Part shown: piece by piece, positions 46,352 through 59,499 of the stretch
How positions within the stretch are numbered: position 1 is the first letter of the stretch
Layout of the letters: each line of letters opens with the position of its first letter
NCBI RefSeq assembly: GCF_009914755.1
Contig: NC_060929.1
From: the human T2T-CHM13v2.0 reference genome, Homo sapiens
Direction: 5' to 3' (one strand)
DNA: 64,000 bases
The notes under the pieces: generated by a model
Told to the model about the DNA's origin: nothing
Seen by the model: the letters and a program-made list of their open reading frames with translations, nothing else
Databases searched by the model: none
Translations under genes and position numbers: made by a program

Positions 46352-47813
46352 CTGTAAGCAAACAGGAGTATGTTTTTCAGAAAGAGCTCTTAACATGTAT
46401 ATTGTTTCACAAGACGCTACTTAAAAACATACTTATTGGCATGCATTTATAAGAAATCCCATATTACAACTCCTCATCAACAGAGAAAAATGGCACATAT
46501 CATAAGGATCATATAATTAATAGGATCCCATAGAGTCCTACTATTTTTCAACCATAAAGATACATTTTTTTCATTTTTGATATTAATATAACTCATGAAT
46601 TTAGAACCAGATAAAAATCAAGGTTTACGGTGAAGCTTTCCATTCTTTCTAACTGAAAAATATTTATTTTCCCACAGGCAGGAGGATATGTGGGATTTAA
46701 TCTGATTGCCTAATTTGCATATACTTTACCTGGAGCTAAGCTGAGCATATTCAGAGAACAAATAAATGAGCTTATTTATTACTGGAAAATCAATGATATT
46801 AAAAACACTGGAATTGCTGATATCAAACATAATTGAAAGAAAAAAGACATTAAGTATTAAGTTTTCATTTAAGTTTTAGTTCTCCCTGACTGTACAAAGG
46901 CTCTAAGAAACTAGTCAAGAAGGCAGCAGTTGAATAAAATGTCCAATTAGCTCTACTTTTTTTCACAATTGTGGAATTTTGAAAAATAAAGAAAACAGAG
47001 AGGAACTTATGTTGGGTTAAATGAGGACGTGGGGATGAGCTCTGATGTAGTCCCACAATGGTAGAAAACCTAAGTTCTTTCACATACCTTGCAGGGCCAT
47101 GCGAATTACAACACATTATGCTGTAAATTACCCATGCAGTTCCTGGCATGCAGTAAACAAGGAATAAACGTTTGCTGTCATTTCTCTTATTCTCTCCTCC
47201 AACTACTTCAGGACCCTCTCCCACTCACTATGTTTCCATTTCACATTTGTGTGTTGCTGTGGGCCAAAGACTAAAGTCCTGTATGGCGCATAGGAGATAT
47301 TTCTGAGGGCTTATCTAGAAACCTAGTCACCATTCATTATTTTTGTGGGGAAAGGCATTCTGGCTTCAAAAGCTGATGGAAAATGAAATGTCATGACAGG
47401 TGTAAGCAGGAGGCTACTGGTACTTGAATGTAAATAATCCAGAATGGATTTAAATGAAATACTTGTAATAACATTGAGACAATGAAGGGTCTATTTTTGA
47501 TCTCATTAAGGAAATACAAATACCCTAAACCATAAATCAGTCCAAATATGTTTACTGTGATCTGAATGACCTTTTTTTCCTGAAATGATTGGCTGATTGA
47601 CAAAAGGATTCAAGAGTATATTGTCTTGTGACAATTTAGGCCAATACTATGGTTTCAGTTAACTAGAAACCAGTCAATGAAATTATATATCTTTTGGCAC
47701 ATATTTGCAATTTTAGTAATATAATTTTTTTTTGTTCTTTAGTTTTGTTTTTTATTTCAGCACATTGTGTGGAAATGAAATAGAAGCAATAAAGGACTGA
47801 ATGAAGTACTTAC

Positions 47814-47930
47814 CCAGGCAATCATTATTATGAGTGAGTTCAAACCCTGGGTAGCACAGACAGTTATAGGATCCAACGGTGTTTTTACAAGTTCCATTTC
47901 CACATGGATGCCGCTCGCACTCATCAACAT
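47814..47930 (-). CDS. FBN2: FBN2 exon 46 (cbEGF)
   Basis: [10 protein letters not shown]...HNNDCL; tag acceptor, gtaagt donor; 117 nt. Confidence 0.96.
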
Positions 47931-49577
47931 CTATAAAGAAATATAGGCTCAAAAAATTCAATTTTTAACTAGAAAAAAATGGGCTATTAACCGTTTTATA
48001 TGTTTAACTTATGGAATTACTTAGATTTTCCTCATTCAGTACTAGAAACTCATATCTACTTGAGGAAAATGAGTAAGAGATACGGAAAAATCAAAATTAC
48101 AAGAATCAAAATTGTAAAATTCTAAGAAAATAGTACAGTTTAACAGGTACTGACTGTACTCAGACAATACTCAGACATAGCCTAAGAGAGCATCCCCCTA
48201 GTAGAGATGTATTAATGAGCAGGTCTGCTTAATAATCGTAAATAAAACTGATCTTCTAAAATACTGAAACAATTTCTTTCATAATAAAAGGCATTATAAA
48301 CACTTACCCAGAAATTTAAATCCCTTAATTTGAGCAGAAAAACAAAGACAAACTTTAGTTTACTTAATTGTATGAAGTAATGAAATCCAAATTGAGGTTT
48401 ATTAGAATTCACTATTAGCCTTCAAAAAAACTGAATTAAGAAAATATTTAGAAAGGTCATTCATCATATGAGACAGCAGACTCCCCAACTATGAATTCCA
48501 GGCTGCTGAAACTCTACCACACCAAAAAAAGGGTGGGGGCTGGTATTGTTCTTTAGGAAGGAAGCTCTGTATAAGGGAGGTCTTACTGAAGAATCTGACT
48601 AGCTTTTATCATGGAAGAATTGTTATGAGTGGACAGATTTTCCCCATACGAAATTCTGAATCATAAATCTCATATTTTTTTTTGGTAAATCATACTCTCT
48701 CTGGGAGTACAGCAAGAAGAAGCATGTATAAACAAGCATTCTTAGGGAGTTCATGCAAATAAGACCAGATCCTGTATATTCCTTTGTATAAACATCACCT
48801 AGAGAATTTTCCCTGCCATTATAGGAGAAGTCCAAAGGGAGGGCTTTAGGAGGCAATGGATGAACCTGGAGACATACTCCAGGTATTCCCTGTTGTATGG
48901 ATGTGTCATGAAGGAAACCAGTCCTGCAGTACTGAAATCTGATTTTAATATTCACATAGATAATATCTTGAATATCAAGAGTAGCTGAACAGCCCTAGCC
49001 TTTTCTACACTGAGAAAATGCTAATTACAAGTAGCCAAGTTTTAAATTTAATTTTCCCCTTTCAAGTGCAAAGCACAGAAAGAAAACTCTTCAGCAGAGG
49101 CAGAGCCAACTGCTGACATCAGACTTAAGGGGTTATACTCAGTCCCAGCTTCATGGCATCCAGCCCATCTGTCTTTGAAAACCTATTAATCATCAGCTCA
49201 GCAAGTACTCACTAAGCTCTATTACCACTTGGCTACCCATTACATTAGCTACTGGGAATTTTTAAAGAGTTTGGCTATATTTGCTCCTAAAGCTATTTTT
49301 AAGGGATAAAACACAAAATATGTACATAAATCCCACTATTCAACAATTTGTTTTAAAAAAGTATGTGCATATGTGTATAAATTTATTAAGTTTAATGCTG
49401 TCACTCTTACTACTCTCTTGCATTCCAAAATGGTGTCTTGAGTAGAAACATGAAAGTAAAGGGCAGCGGGTGCTATGGTAAGTTCCACACAAGCCCAAGT
49501 GGCTCAGAGGGTTTTTTCTTGTCAAGCCATGTGAACATCTTCTGGAGAAAAAGCTGTGAATCACTGAACTGACGAAC

Positions 49578-49643
49578 ATATCGCAGTATGTCCCTGCTTG
49601 CAAATTTTATATATTGCAGTATGTCCCTGCTTGCAAATTTTAT
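49578..49643. repeat. 33-bp tandem duplication
   Basis: atat(c/t)gcagtatgtccctgcttgcaaattttat x2. Confidence 0.95.
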
Positions 49644-49797
49644 ATTGAATCAAGACTTAAATAGTTTGACCTAGTTAATTTTTTGCAAGATTGTTTCTGA
49701 CAGAGACATAGTAGTTACTCATGGCACTTGATGGAACTGTGATCTGTTCTGGAACCCCAGCCCCACTTCACTCCCTGGAGCCACATGCCCTTCTTAC

Positions 49798-49923
49798 CCA
49801 TGCACATGGTCTGGTCCTGAGAAGCCTTAAAGCCATTGTGGCAGATGCACTGGTAACTTCCTTGCAGATCAACACACAAGCCATGACTGCAAACGTTAGG
49901 AATTTCTAAACATTCATTGCGAT
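49798..49923 (-). CDS. FBN2: FBN2 exon 45 (cbEGF)
   Basis: [12 protein letters not shown]...DQTMCM; tag acceptor, gtaaga donor; 126 nt. Confidence 0.95.
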
Positions 49924-50351
49924 CTAAAACAGAAAAAAATAAATGTTACATGTATCTGATTTTTATTAAGATTTCTTCATTTTTCACAGTTGTGTTTCTC
50001 TAATCTGCTATTAATTATTATAGGCAGGCTGAAAATGAACCATAACAACAGCTGAATCAAAATGAGCAGGACTTCAAAGTATCCAACCCTCTTTTTTTAA
50101 TCATGCAAATTTTTTTATGTTTATTGGTATCTGAAGGATATTATTTTATTTTAGGTCCAATCCTGGGGAAATCCATTGAAGAGATCTATTTTCTTAACAA
50201 AATCATCTAAAAGATATGGTGAAATAGGTTCACTATAAATGAACAGGTTAAGTGAGAAAATCTTTCCCAAATTATTCTTGAAGTATTTTTTGATAGGAAA
50301 TCTAAGGAATCTTGTGCTCAGTGCCAAAGAATGAGTCAGCCTCTTTCTTAC

Positions 50352-50477
50352 CTACACAGGCCCCATTGGGTGAAAGTTTGAAACCCGCGGCACATTCACA
50401 GCGGTAACTACCAGGACTATTGATGCAGTCTGCATTCCGCTGGCAGAGATTATCACCATTGCTGCACTCATCTATAT
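50352..50477 (-). CDS. FBN2: FBN2 exon 44 (cbEGF)
   Basis: [12 protein letters not shown]...NGACV; cag acceptor, gtaaga donor; 126 nt. Confidence 0.95.
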
Positions 50478-50663
50478 CTGAAAGAGCAACAATTCCATTT
50501 TAAAGAGTCCTTTTTAGTATTGTATTAGCATTACATTCACGTCACACTTTGATGATCAACTCTTGAAAAATTGTAGAAGAAATAGTAAAAATCAGAAACC
50601 ATCTAAATGCTATATATGTATACCAAATTATACTGGATAAAGGACATACTTTATTCAGATTAC

Positions 50664-50789
50664 CTTCACAAACCAACAGCAGGTCATTGTAACTGAATCC
50701 TGTAGGGCATTCACAGCGGAAACTGCCAATCTGGTTAATGCACACACCATTTGCACAAATGCCTGGAATCTCTTTACATTCATCAATGT
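50664..50789 (-). CDS. FBN2: FBN2 exon 43 (cbEGF)
   Basis: [12 protein letters not shown]...LLLVCE; cag acceptor, gtaatc donor; 126 nt. Confidence 0.96.
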
Positions 50790-51150
50790 CTGAAATGGAA
50801 CAGATTTGGTCAAATATATGTTGTTCTGTTTAATATACTTACCATATAACTTTGAATAATGCTACATGTACCCTGGGATGAGTACAAATATTCAGTGTCA
50901 CAAAAATCTATTATATACTAGTATAGCTAATTTTTTTGGTTTATAAAAACATATATACCAGAAAATAGAAACAGTGATGGAAAAAATCTAAGTAGCTGAT
51001 AAAATATACCAAGTAATTTCAGAGTCAATATAGCAAATGAACTTTCTAGGCAATCAAACCCCTTATTCAGGTTACCCTAAGTGCTGCTATTCATTTGTTT
51101 AAAAAGCTATGTTTTCATCATTGTATGTATTTTATTTTATCATATATTCA

Positions 51151-51470
<320 letters not shown>

Positions 51471-51975
51471 AAAATTATATTGCTTATCAAATCTTTGAGG
51501 AAGGAAGCTAGAGTGAGCAACACAATGTACATTTAGAAGGAATTAATTAATATGAAAAATAAGTCTGCACATTCATATTTAGACCAGTAAAAAGGGATAC
51601 TGCAAAAATACACCAAAAATTAAAAAATGTACTTAAGAAAATAGCAACTAAAGGTTAAAATAAGGTAGATTATTTAGAGTCATGTAATACAATGTGCATG
51701 ACAAGGACAACTGAAGCTTTAGCTTGGTGGATGTGACAAATATCGAGAGAGTCACATAACTACCATAACCCAATCACCAGACTACGCTGATGGAGTATCA
51801 TTATTAATACTTGGTTAGAGTCTGTAAGCCTGTTATTTCTCTCTTATCTAACTATATTAGATTGGATCCCAGATTATTATATTTTGTGGTACTCTTGAAT
51901 TTTAAAAACATAGAATAGATTTTTACAGAATGCTACACATATGTATTAAAACAAACATAATCTGGAAAAACTCAC

Positions 51976-52044
51976 CAACAGCTTTTCCTGTGTGAATGTC
52001 AAAGGTGAATCCAGGAATATTTCCACATATGGTTTTAAAGTCAG
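51976..52044 (-). CDS. FBN2: FBN2 exon 42 (TB5 C-terminal part)
   Basis: (A)[22 protein letters not shown]; aag acceptor, gtgagt donor; 69 nt. Confidence 0.94.
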
Positions 52045-52889
52045 CTTTAAAATATAAACAAAGCAATGCACTCTTAAATTTCTCAAATTCCTTCAAAATA
52101 ACATTTTGTATTACTTTCACAAACAAATATATTTTACATTATTCACAACCAGACATTTTGATTTCAATTATATTTATTTGATAGCAATGCCAGCTTCTGC
52201 TAGGAGTGGATCTAGGCATTCTTTACCATTATTATCATTGTTATTTCTATTACTCTCATTAACTTTTTACTGCTCTGATATCAGAAGGCAAGTAAATCAT
52301 TATAAGATTCAAAATGTCCATTTAGATATTTAAATACTTTTTCTTTTAATATGCAGAGCTTTAAAAAACATCCAATACATAAAGATTAAAAAAAAAGAGA
52401 AGTACAAATTGAAAAAGGAATTACAGATTGCACAAAGGTATAGACATGCAAAAATAATGTTGTAGAGGGGAAATAGGTAAACAATGTATAATGAATGAGA
52501 TGCGAATTTTGTCTTTTTTTTTTTTACTGTGTCTATTGGAATGTGAAATTTGAGTCATCAAAAACAATGCATTATGAAATAAAATAGGGACTATAAGAGG
52601 TATTCTTACACATAATTAACCAAATCAATGGAAATTTAAAAGAATTCTAATTTGCAAGATGAAAAATGCTTCTGACGCTCACTGCTATACAAGTGAGTAA
52701 AACTCCTGAAAACAGTATTATATAAAACTTAAACTGCATACTATATTCCAAGTGCTATCAGGTCAGGGATATTGTATATTTCATCCATCAATATATACCG
52801 AGTATTGAGAACAGATAGAAAGACCACAGATGCTCAACTTAATGGTTTCTAATTGTCTGGAAATCTGCAAATTATAATTTATATGTATA

Positions 52890-53060
52890 ATCTCCCTAAT
52901 TGTCATTGCACCCATATGAATTAGTCACTGTAATTATTTATTATTCCTATTTTATACATGAGAAATTAGTTTCAGAAAGGATACATACTCTGCAGGAGGT
53001 TCCACAATAAGTATCTTAAGAGTTTTGATTTAAATACAGACACGTCTCTCAACTCCAAGC
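52890..53060 (-). mobile_element. MIR fragment
   Basis: attattattcctattttatacatgagaaattag reverse MIR core. Confidence 0.5.
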
Positions 53061-54087
53061 CTTTCGCTTCTTCTCACAAAGAAAGTGCCATTTTAATTCC
53101 CCAAATCAATGATCTTAAATTTGTAACTATGGAGTTTTAAAGTTGAGAATTGTAGGAATGTTTCTATTTAATTTTATGGAACATAATAATGGCAAGATAA
53201 GGCTAAGAAAATCCATTTGACCAGTGAATTGGAGCCACTGAAAAAGGCCTATGTGTTGCTTTTCATCATTTCTCTCCTTAATTTCATCAATACATTAAAT
53301 GGAACATTTAAATACATATACCCTAAGTAATATTTGGTAACAAATGCATAATCACTGTTTCTTATTTGGCCTACTGGTTCAACTCTTAGTATCTATAGTT
53401 ATTAAAAGTTGCCATTCTCCAGGTCATAAAAGAGAGCCTGATGGACAGCAATTTTAAGACAAGCATTTTTGCTCTTATCTCTATTATCTTTCATTTTTTC
53501 TTTCAAAAGAAACTGTCTTGTGAAAAAAACATGACCAAGTGAAGACAAGCTCTATTTTTTGCCTAAAAATTTCACTGATGTCTGAGGAAGAAGATGTAAA
53601 AGGCACATTATGACAATGGGTTGCTTTTATGTAAAATTCGCTCATAAAAAACACTTTTTGCATATTTTCCACGGCTGAACTAAAAAAAAATCCTTATTGA
53701 ATTTAGTTTTTCTCCAAATATTATACTTTCCATGTCTAGCACAGTGACATACAGTAGTTACTCAAGAAATATTTGTTTGATGAATAAATCAATAATTGAC
53801 AAGCACAGTTTAAGATAATGAGTTTAAATGGACTAATGCTATCAACTCTAACTCTTCAGCAATGGATCTTATTTTCAGGATTCACAAGCCTATCCAACAT
53901 AATGTCTCAGAAGTTAGTGTTTGAATCCCAAAGAGGATCACTTGGGAAACAGAACCATATGATGCTCTTGGGAATTTTTGGAACTGAGCATCTCTAGTTT
54001 TAGCATGCAGTGACTTTGACTATACTGTTAGATATATGCGTGTATCACTGATGTGGCAGTCAGCAGATGCACGAGCCGTGTGCTTAC

Positions 54088-54240
54088 CTGTTCCTGGAGT
54101 TGGGCATGGTTCACAAGGTTTGTTCCAGGCTTTGCCCACATTATATGTGCAGCAGCACATCCTTTTTGTCACATTGAAAGGCAACTCATTCTCACAAGTG
54201 GTTCCATTATAGCTTCGGTAGCAAAAGCTTTTTCTCATGT
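54088..54240 (-). CDS. FBN2: FBN2 exon 41 (TB5 N-terminal part)
   Basis: DMRKSFCY...[25 protein letters not shown]; tag acceptor, gtaagc donor; 153 nt. Confidence 0.96.
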
Positions 54241-54823
54241 CTATATAAAGAAAAACAAAGAAACTAGCCATTTGTATCCACGAGTAGTTTATAATGAAGC
54301 CCACACAGCTGTAGACATCAAGCTTTCCTGATGAACACAACTCGGAAACCCTTTTTAGTCATTTGAAGCTATCTTAAAATAACTCCTTAAACATAAATCA
54401 TTTTTAGATTAACATCTCTCCTTTATCCTTAAAGGATTTCACTTATAATTTTCTTGGGAGACAATGTTAATACATATTTGTTTTTCTCTCAAAATCATTT
54501 ATTTAATTAAAAAAATAAAGCATTAAAATTTAAATGTTCTTTTATTTGTAAATTAATGTTCACACTATATGAATGGAGATGAAAAATTTAAGAATATATA
54601 ACATTTGAGGAAATTTTCTACATTAGACTCATGCTTTTAAAAATTTAAATGTATACCCAAAGGTCAAAAACTTGATACTAAGCCAGCAGCTTGCAAGACT
54701 CTGAAATATCTCAATTCACGAAGACTGAACTTCCAAACTTCCAAACAATAATTCTGAGACGTAAGTGCTTTATGTGTGAAGTCAACAACTGTGCTCTAAT
54801 TAATCTCAGAGTTCTTTACCTAC

Positions 54824-54949
54824 CCATGCAGTTGTGGCCTCCATTGACCTGCATGTACTCAGGTGGGCAAATGCAGGTGTAATTTCCCAGGGTGTTATAG
54901 CAGGTCCCAGGCCCACACACACCAGGATGTGCAAAACACTCATCAATAT
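54824..54949 (-). CDS. FBN2: FBN2 exon 40 (cbEGF)
   Basis: [12 protein letters not shown]...GGHNCM; tag acceptor, gtaggt donor; 126 nt. Confidence 0.95.
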
Positions 54950-55201
54950 CTAGAGTAGGCAAGAATATCTATTAATTAATAAATCTATTTTTTCAATGAA
55001 TTTATATTACTTAGATGACTGAACAAAGCATAGGTGATTCTCTAAATCCCCATTTATGCAAAACTTAGAAATAAAGAAAATATCCCAAATATGCATTTAT
55101 ATAACACAGATACATCTTTCTTCAAAAGAAAAAAATCCCCATATTAAAAAATATAAAGCATCAAAAGAAATTATTCTAAAGTGGCAAAAAATAATTTCCT
55201 T

Positions 55202-55204
<3 letters not shown>

Positions 55205-55250
<46 letters not shown>
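55205..55250. repeat. (TA)~18 followed by a T run
   Basis: Direct reading. Confidence 0.92.
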
Positions 55251-55251
<1 letters not shown>

Positions 55252-56086
55252 TTGCAATTCGCATTCTTCAATTGGAATTTCTTTAAAGCCTGCTTTTGTC
55301 CTATGTCACTTAGGCTAAGTTTTAATGCCAACTTTAAAGTGAATGCAGGTTGGGAAAGCCTTTGTCTTTGTAGCTTCTTTCAAATTAGTAACTATTCAGA
55401 GATTCTTAAAGTGCAGCTGCTGGTTGTTCTCCTCATTACATCCTATTTCTTCCAGATACATTTATCAAACATGTTCCAAAAGAAAAGTTATAATGGAAAT
55501 AATTACGCTACATGTTTAATGTTCAGTTAGAAGCATTCACTCATTTCACAATTAAAATATTGAGATTCTACTGTAAGCTAGAACTTATGGCTGTAATGAT
55601 GAGTAAGATGTGGACCTTGTCTCCAGAAGCCCCCAGTTTAGTGGTGAGACAGGCCCCTAAAAGAATTGAAATACCATGTGATAAAGTGGGGGGATGGAAG
55701 CAAGAATGGCAGCTGCATAACCTTTGAACTTCTTCATACCATATAGTCCAACATTTAAAAATTACTGATCAATATTAAGTTAATGGTCACATTTTAGCTT
55801 ACCAATTTTTCCTATGTAAAATGTAATACTTATCAATATTTTCACTAATAACTTACTTAATATTTTAGGTTTTCACACTACCCCATTTTCCCAATTTATA
55901 TTTAATCAACCCTCCTGGAAAAATACAGTGAATTATGGCAACGAGCCATAAATTAATTTGTCTATCATCATACAACTTAGCTACATTGATATGAAAAAAA
56001 AAAAGCTATGAACCAATCTTAATTGAGCCTTTTGTAGAATGTGAGGATGGGCCTTTCCCTCAGGCCTCAGCAGCCATTTTGTTTTA

Positions 56087-56350
<264 letters not shown>

Positions 56351-56709
56351 CTATGCATCCAAATGAACGCACACTTAGATGGCAAGTTTATTCTGCTCAA
56401 ATATCTTCTTGGCTTTGTCACAGAACTTTTACCATTATCTGAGAAAATGAATAAAGTTAAGTTGGAGATTATTCAAGGTAGAGGACAATGGGAAAGAGTT
56501 TCTCTGCAGAACAGTCAGACGTCAAATCACTGCAATGGATCATTACTGCTTGATAAAAGTAGTAGTTTAACATTTTAGTAATTAAAGTCCATCTGTAATT
56601 TTACTAAATTATCTTGTCGGGGCTGCTCTGCCCTAGGTTTTCTGCCAGCTTTTCTCTATAATTAACTCTTTACCTTGTTTGAATCTGGGTGACAATGGGA
56701 TTAGCTCAC

Positions 56710-56778
56710 CTTCTAAAATGATTGTGATGGGGTTAGGTCTGAAGCCTTCACCTCCGGGACACAGGGTGTAATATTCAG
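56710..56778 (-). CDS. FBN2: FBN2 exon 38 (TB4 C-terminal part)
   Basis: (T)[22 protein letters not shown]; tag acceptor, gtgagc donor; 69 nt. Confidence 0.95.
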
Positions 56779-57458
56779 CTACAAAACAATAGAAAAATAA
56801 GAGGTTTGATACCTGTGTCCAAGTGGCTGAGACAATGAGCAAGCATTCAGCAAATGACAGGCTCAATATACTCATCCTAAGGGGTGTATCCAAATTTTTC
56901 TTAGTGCCCTTTCAAATACATTTAAAGTTACATATTTTACATAAAAGATCATACTTTATTAATCACATACACAGTAGAATAACACGAACCATTTGTTTTT
57001 AATTAAAGAAAAAATTCCCTTGCAGCTCTTTTAGCTAGTAAATTAAGACTAGAGAAAACAGGCTTTGGTTCATGTTCATATCAGATGTTTCAATTTAAGG
57101 CATTCTATAATTGACTTCAAGAATACAACACACCTATGAAGCTGAACTAAATAACCTTTGAGAAGAATCAGGAATGCACTTTATCTGTGACATCATGAAG
57201 AACTGATATTAGTACTATTCATACATGATTACAGTTAAAAATTATTTTTTTAACATATCATGATAAAACATAGGAAGAGAGGAATTCAAATCCTTTAACA
57301 TTCTTGGCTGGTTTCAGAGTGATCACTGAAAGTAGTTCAAATTCAGTTTTTTTGTTTTGTCCTCACTAAACACTCCTCACTCCCAGCTCAGGAATAAAAT
57401 GGCAACAAATCTTTAGATACCAGTTGGTTTTCTTCCTCTTCTTCAGCTTTGTACTTAC

Positions 57459-57620
57459 TGCTATTGACAGGGGGGCATGTCTCACAGGGGTTTCCCCAGG
57501 CCTTTCCCAGAGAGCAGCAGCATGAAGAGCGACTGACGCCCACCCCGATCTCGGTGTTGCAAGACAGACTCCCATCTCCTCGAGGTCCAAACTTCAGGTA
57601 GCAGTTGCCCACACGGTTGT
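57459..57620 (-). CDS. FBN2: FBN2 exon 37 (TB4 N-terminal part, RGD)
   Basis: [21 protein letters not shown]...CPPVNS; cag acceptor, gtaagt donor; 162 nt; RGD at 57574-57582. Confidence 0.96.
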
Positions 57621-58476
57621 CTGCAGAGCAACAAAGGAGCTTACAGTTGCCCTTGCTTACATAGTAAGGACTCCATTTTAGGGAAAAGTCACTCAAAGGA
57701 TGAAATTCAAATTTTGTACGTTAACATGAAAGGTTCCTTTTAATCCTTAAGTACCAAGCAATCTCCTGCTTTTCAGCTTTTTCGAGATTGAGTCAGAGGA
57801 AGCCAATCATGGCAGACTTTCCTATATTTAGAAATCCACATAGACCATATTTTCCTATACTCATGGAATGGACAAGATAGTAAGAAATTTCTCATTTGGG
57901 ACATACTGGACCTCCAATAATAGGAATACAATACATTTTTTGTATAATTAATCTATATCACGAGTTTATCCAATGGTTTAGTTTCAACTTGCATAGCTAA
58001 CTTTGCAGGTTTTGGAAAAGATAGCCTGCAACAAACTTAGAGAAGATATTTAAGGGATCAACTAATCTAAGGCTTTTCTTTATCTCTACAGTTATCATCC
58101 AGATCACTCCATTGAGTCTATGGGTTTAAATACTACTTTTTTGCTGAGAACTCTCAAATTTATGGTTCTGTATCTCATCTCTCCCGTGAACTCTAGACCC
58201 TTCTACCAATTGCCTATTTCATTTCTTCTCTTAAACATCTAATAATTATTTCAAAGTTAACACATCTAAAATCAAACTGTCAATGCTCTTTCCTCCATGT
58301 ACAAAATCTGCCGTCTTCTCTCCCAGTCTTCTGCATTTTCAATAAAAGGAAATTCACTTTTTTTTTCAGTTGCACAGGCCCTAAGCTTTGACATCATTTT
58401 TGACTCCTTACTATGATTCCTTATTCAATCCAGTAATAAGGGCTGTCTACTCAACCTTCAAAACATATCTGGAATC

Positions 58477-58718
<242 letters not shown>

Positions 58719-59146
58719 CTACTTACCACTGCCTCTATCATTACTATCTTTTTTTTTTAATCACTACCAACTGAGTTCCAGCCACCATCATTATCCCTTT
58801 ACCTAGTCTAATGTAATAGTTTTCTAACTCTTTTCTCAACTTCCATCCTTGACTAAACTATGGTCTACTTTACCTTCTGTAAGCCAGAGTGACCCTTCAA
58901 TAGCATTACCTTAGGTCAGGCAACCTCCAATGGCTTCTCTTCTCAATCAGAATAAAATCTAGAGTTCTTAGCAGTCTACAAAGTAATTTTCATCCCTGGC
59001 TGCATATTAGAATCATTTGGGCTTTTTAAAAAAACTTATTTTACTTTATTTTTGTCTCAGATTTTGCATTTTGTTTTTGTTGCTGAATCTCAGATCTCAG
59101 AGGCTGCAAGATTCTCATGGTCCCCCTTCTAATTAGGTTTATTTAT

Positions 59147-59441
59147 ATTTATTTGTTTATTTATTTTTTGGGGACGGAGTCTTCCTCTGTTGCCAAGCTG
59201 GAGTACAGTGGCACTATCTCGGCCCACTGCAACCTCTGCCTCAAGTGATTCTCCTGCCTCAGCCTCCCGAGTAGCTGGGACTACAGGTGCCTGCCACCAC
59301 GCGCAGTTAATTTTTGTATTTTTAGTAGAGACGGGGTTTCACCATGTTGGCCAGGATGGTCTTGATCTTTTGACCTTGTGATCCACCCACCTCAGCCTCC
59401 CAAAGTGCTGGAGTAACAGGCGTGAGCCACCACGCCCAGCC
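59147..59441 (-). mobile_element. AluSc-like
   Basis: ttggccaggatggtcttgatct diagnostics; TSD taattaggtttatttat 59130-59146 / 59442-59458. Confidence 0.92.
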
Positions 59442-59499
59442 TAATTAGGTTTATTTATTCCTCATTTATTCACCTGTTCTTTCTCTCTCTTCCCCCTCC

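Noticed and set aside
57574-57582. RGD integrin motif in TB4
   Set aside because: Real but well described for fibrillins
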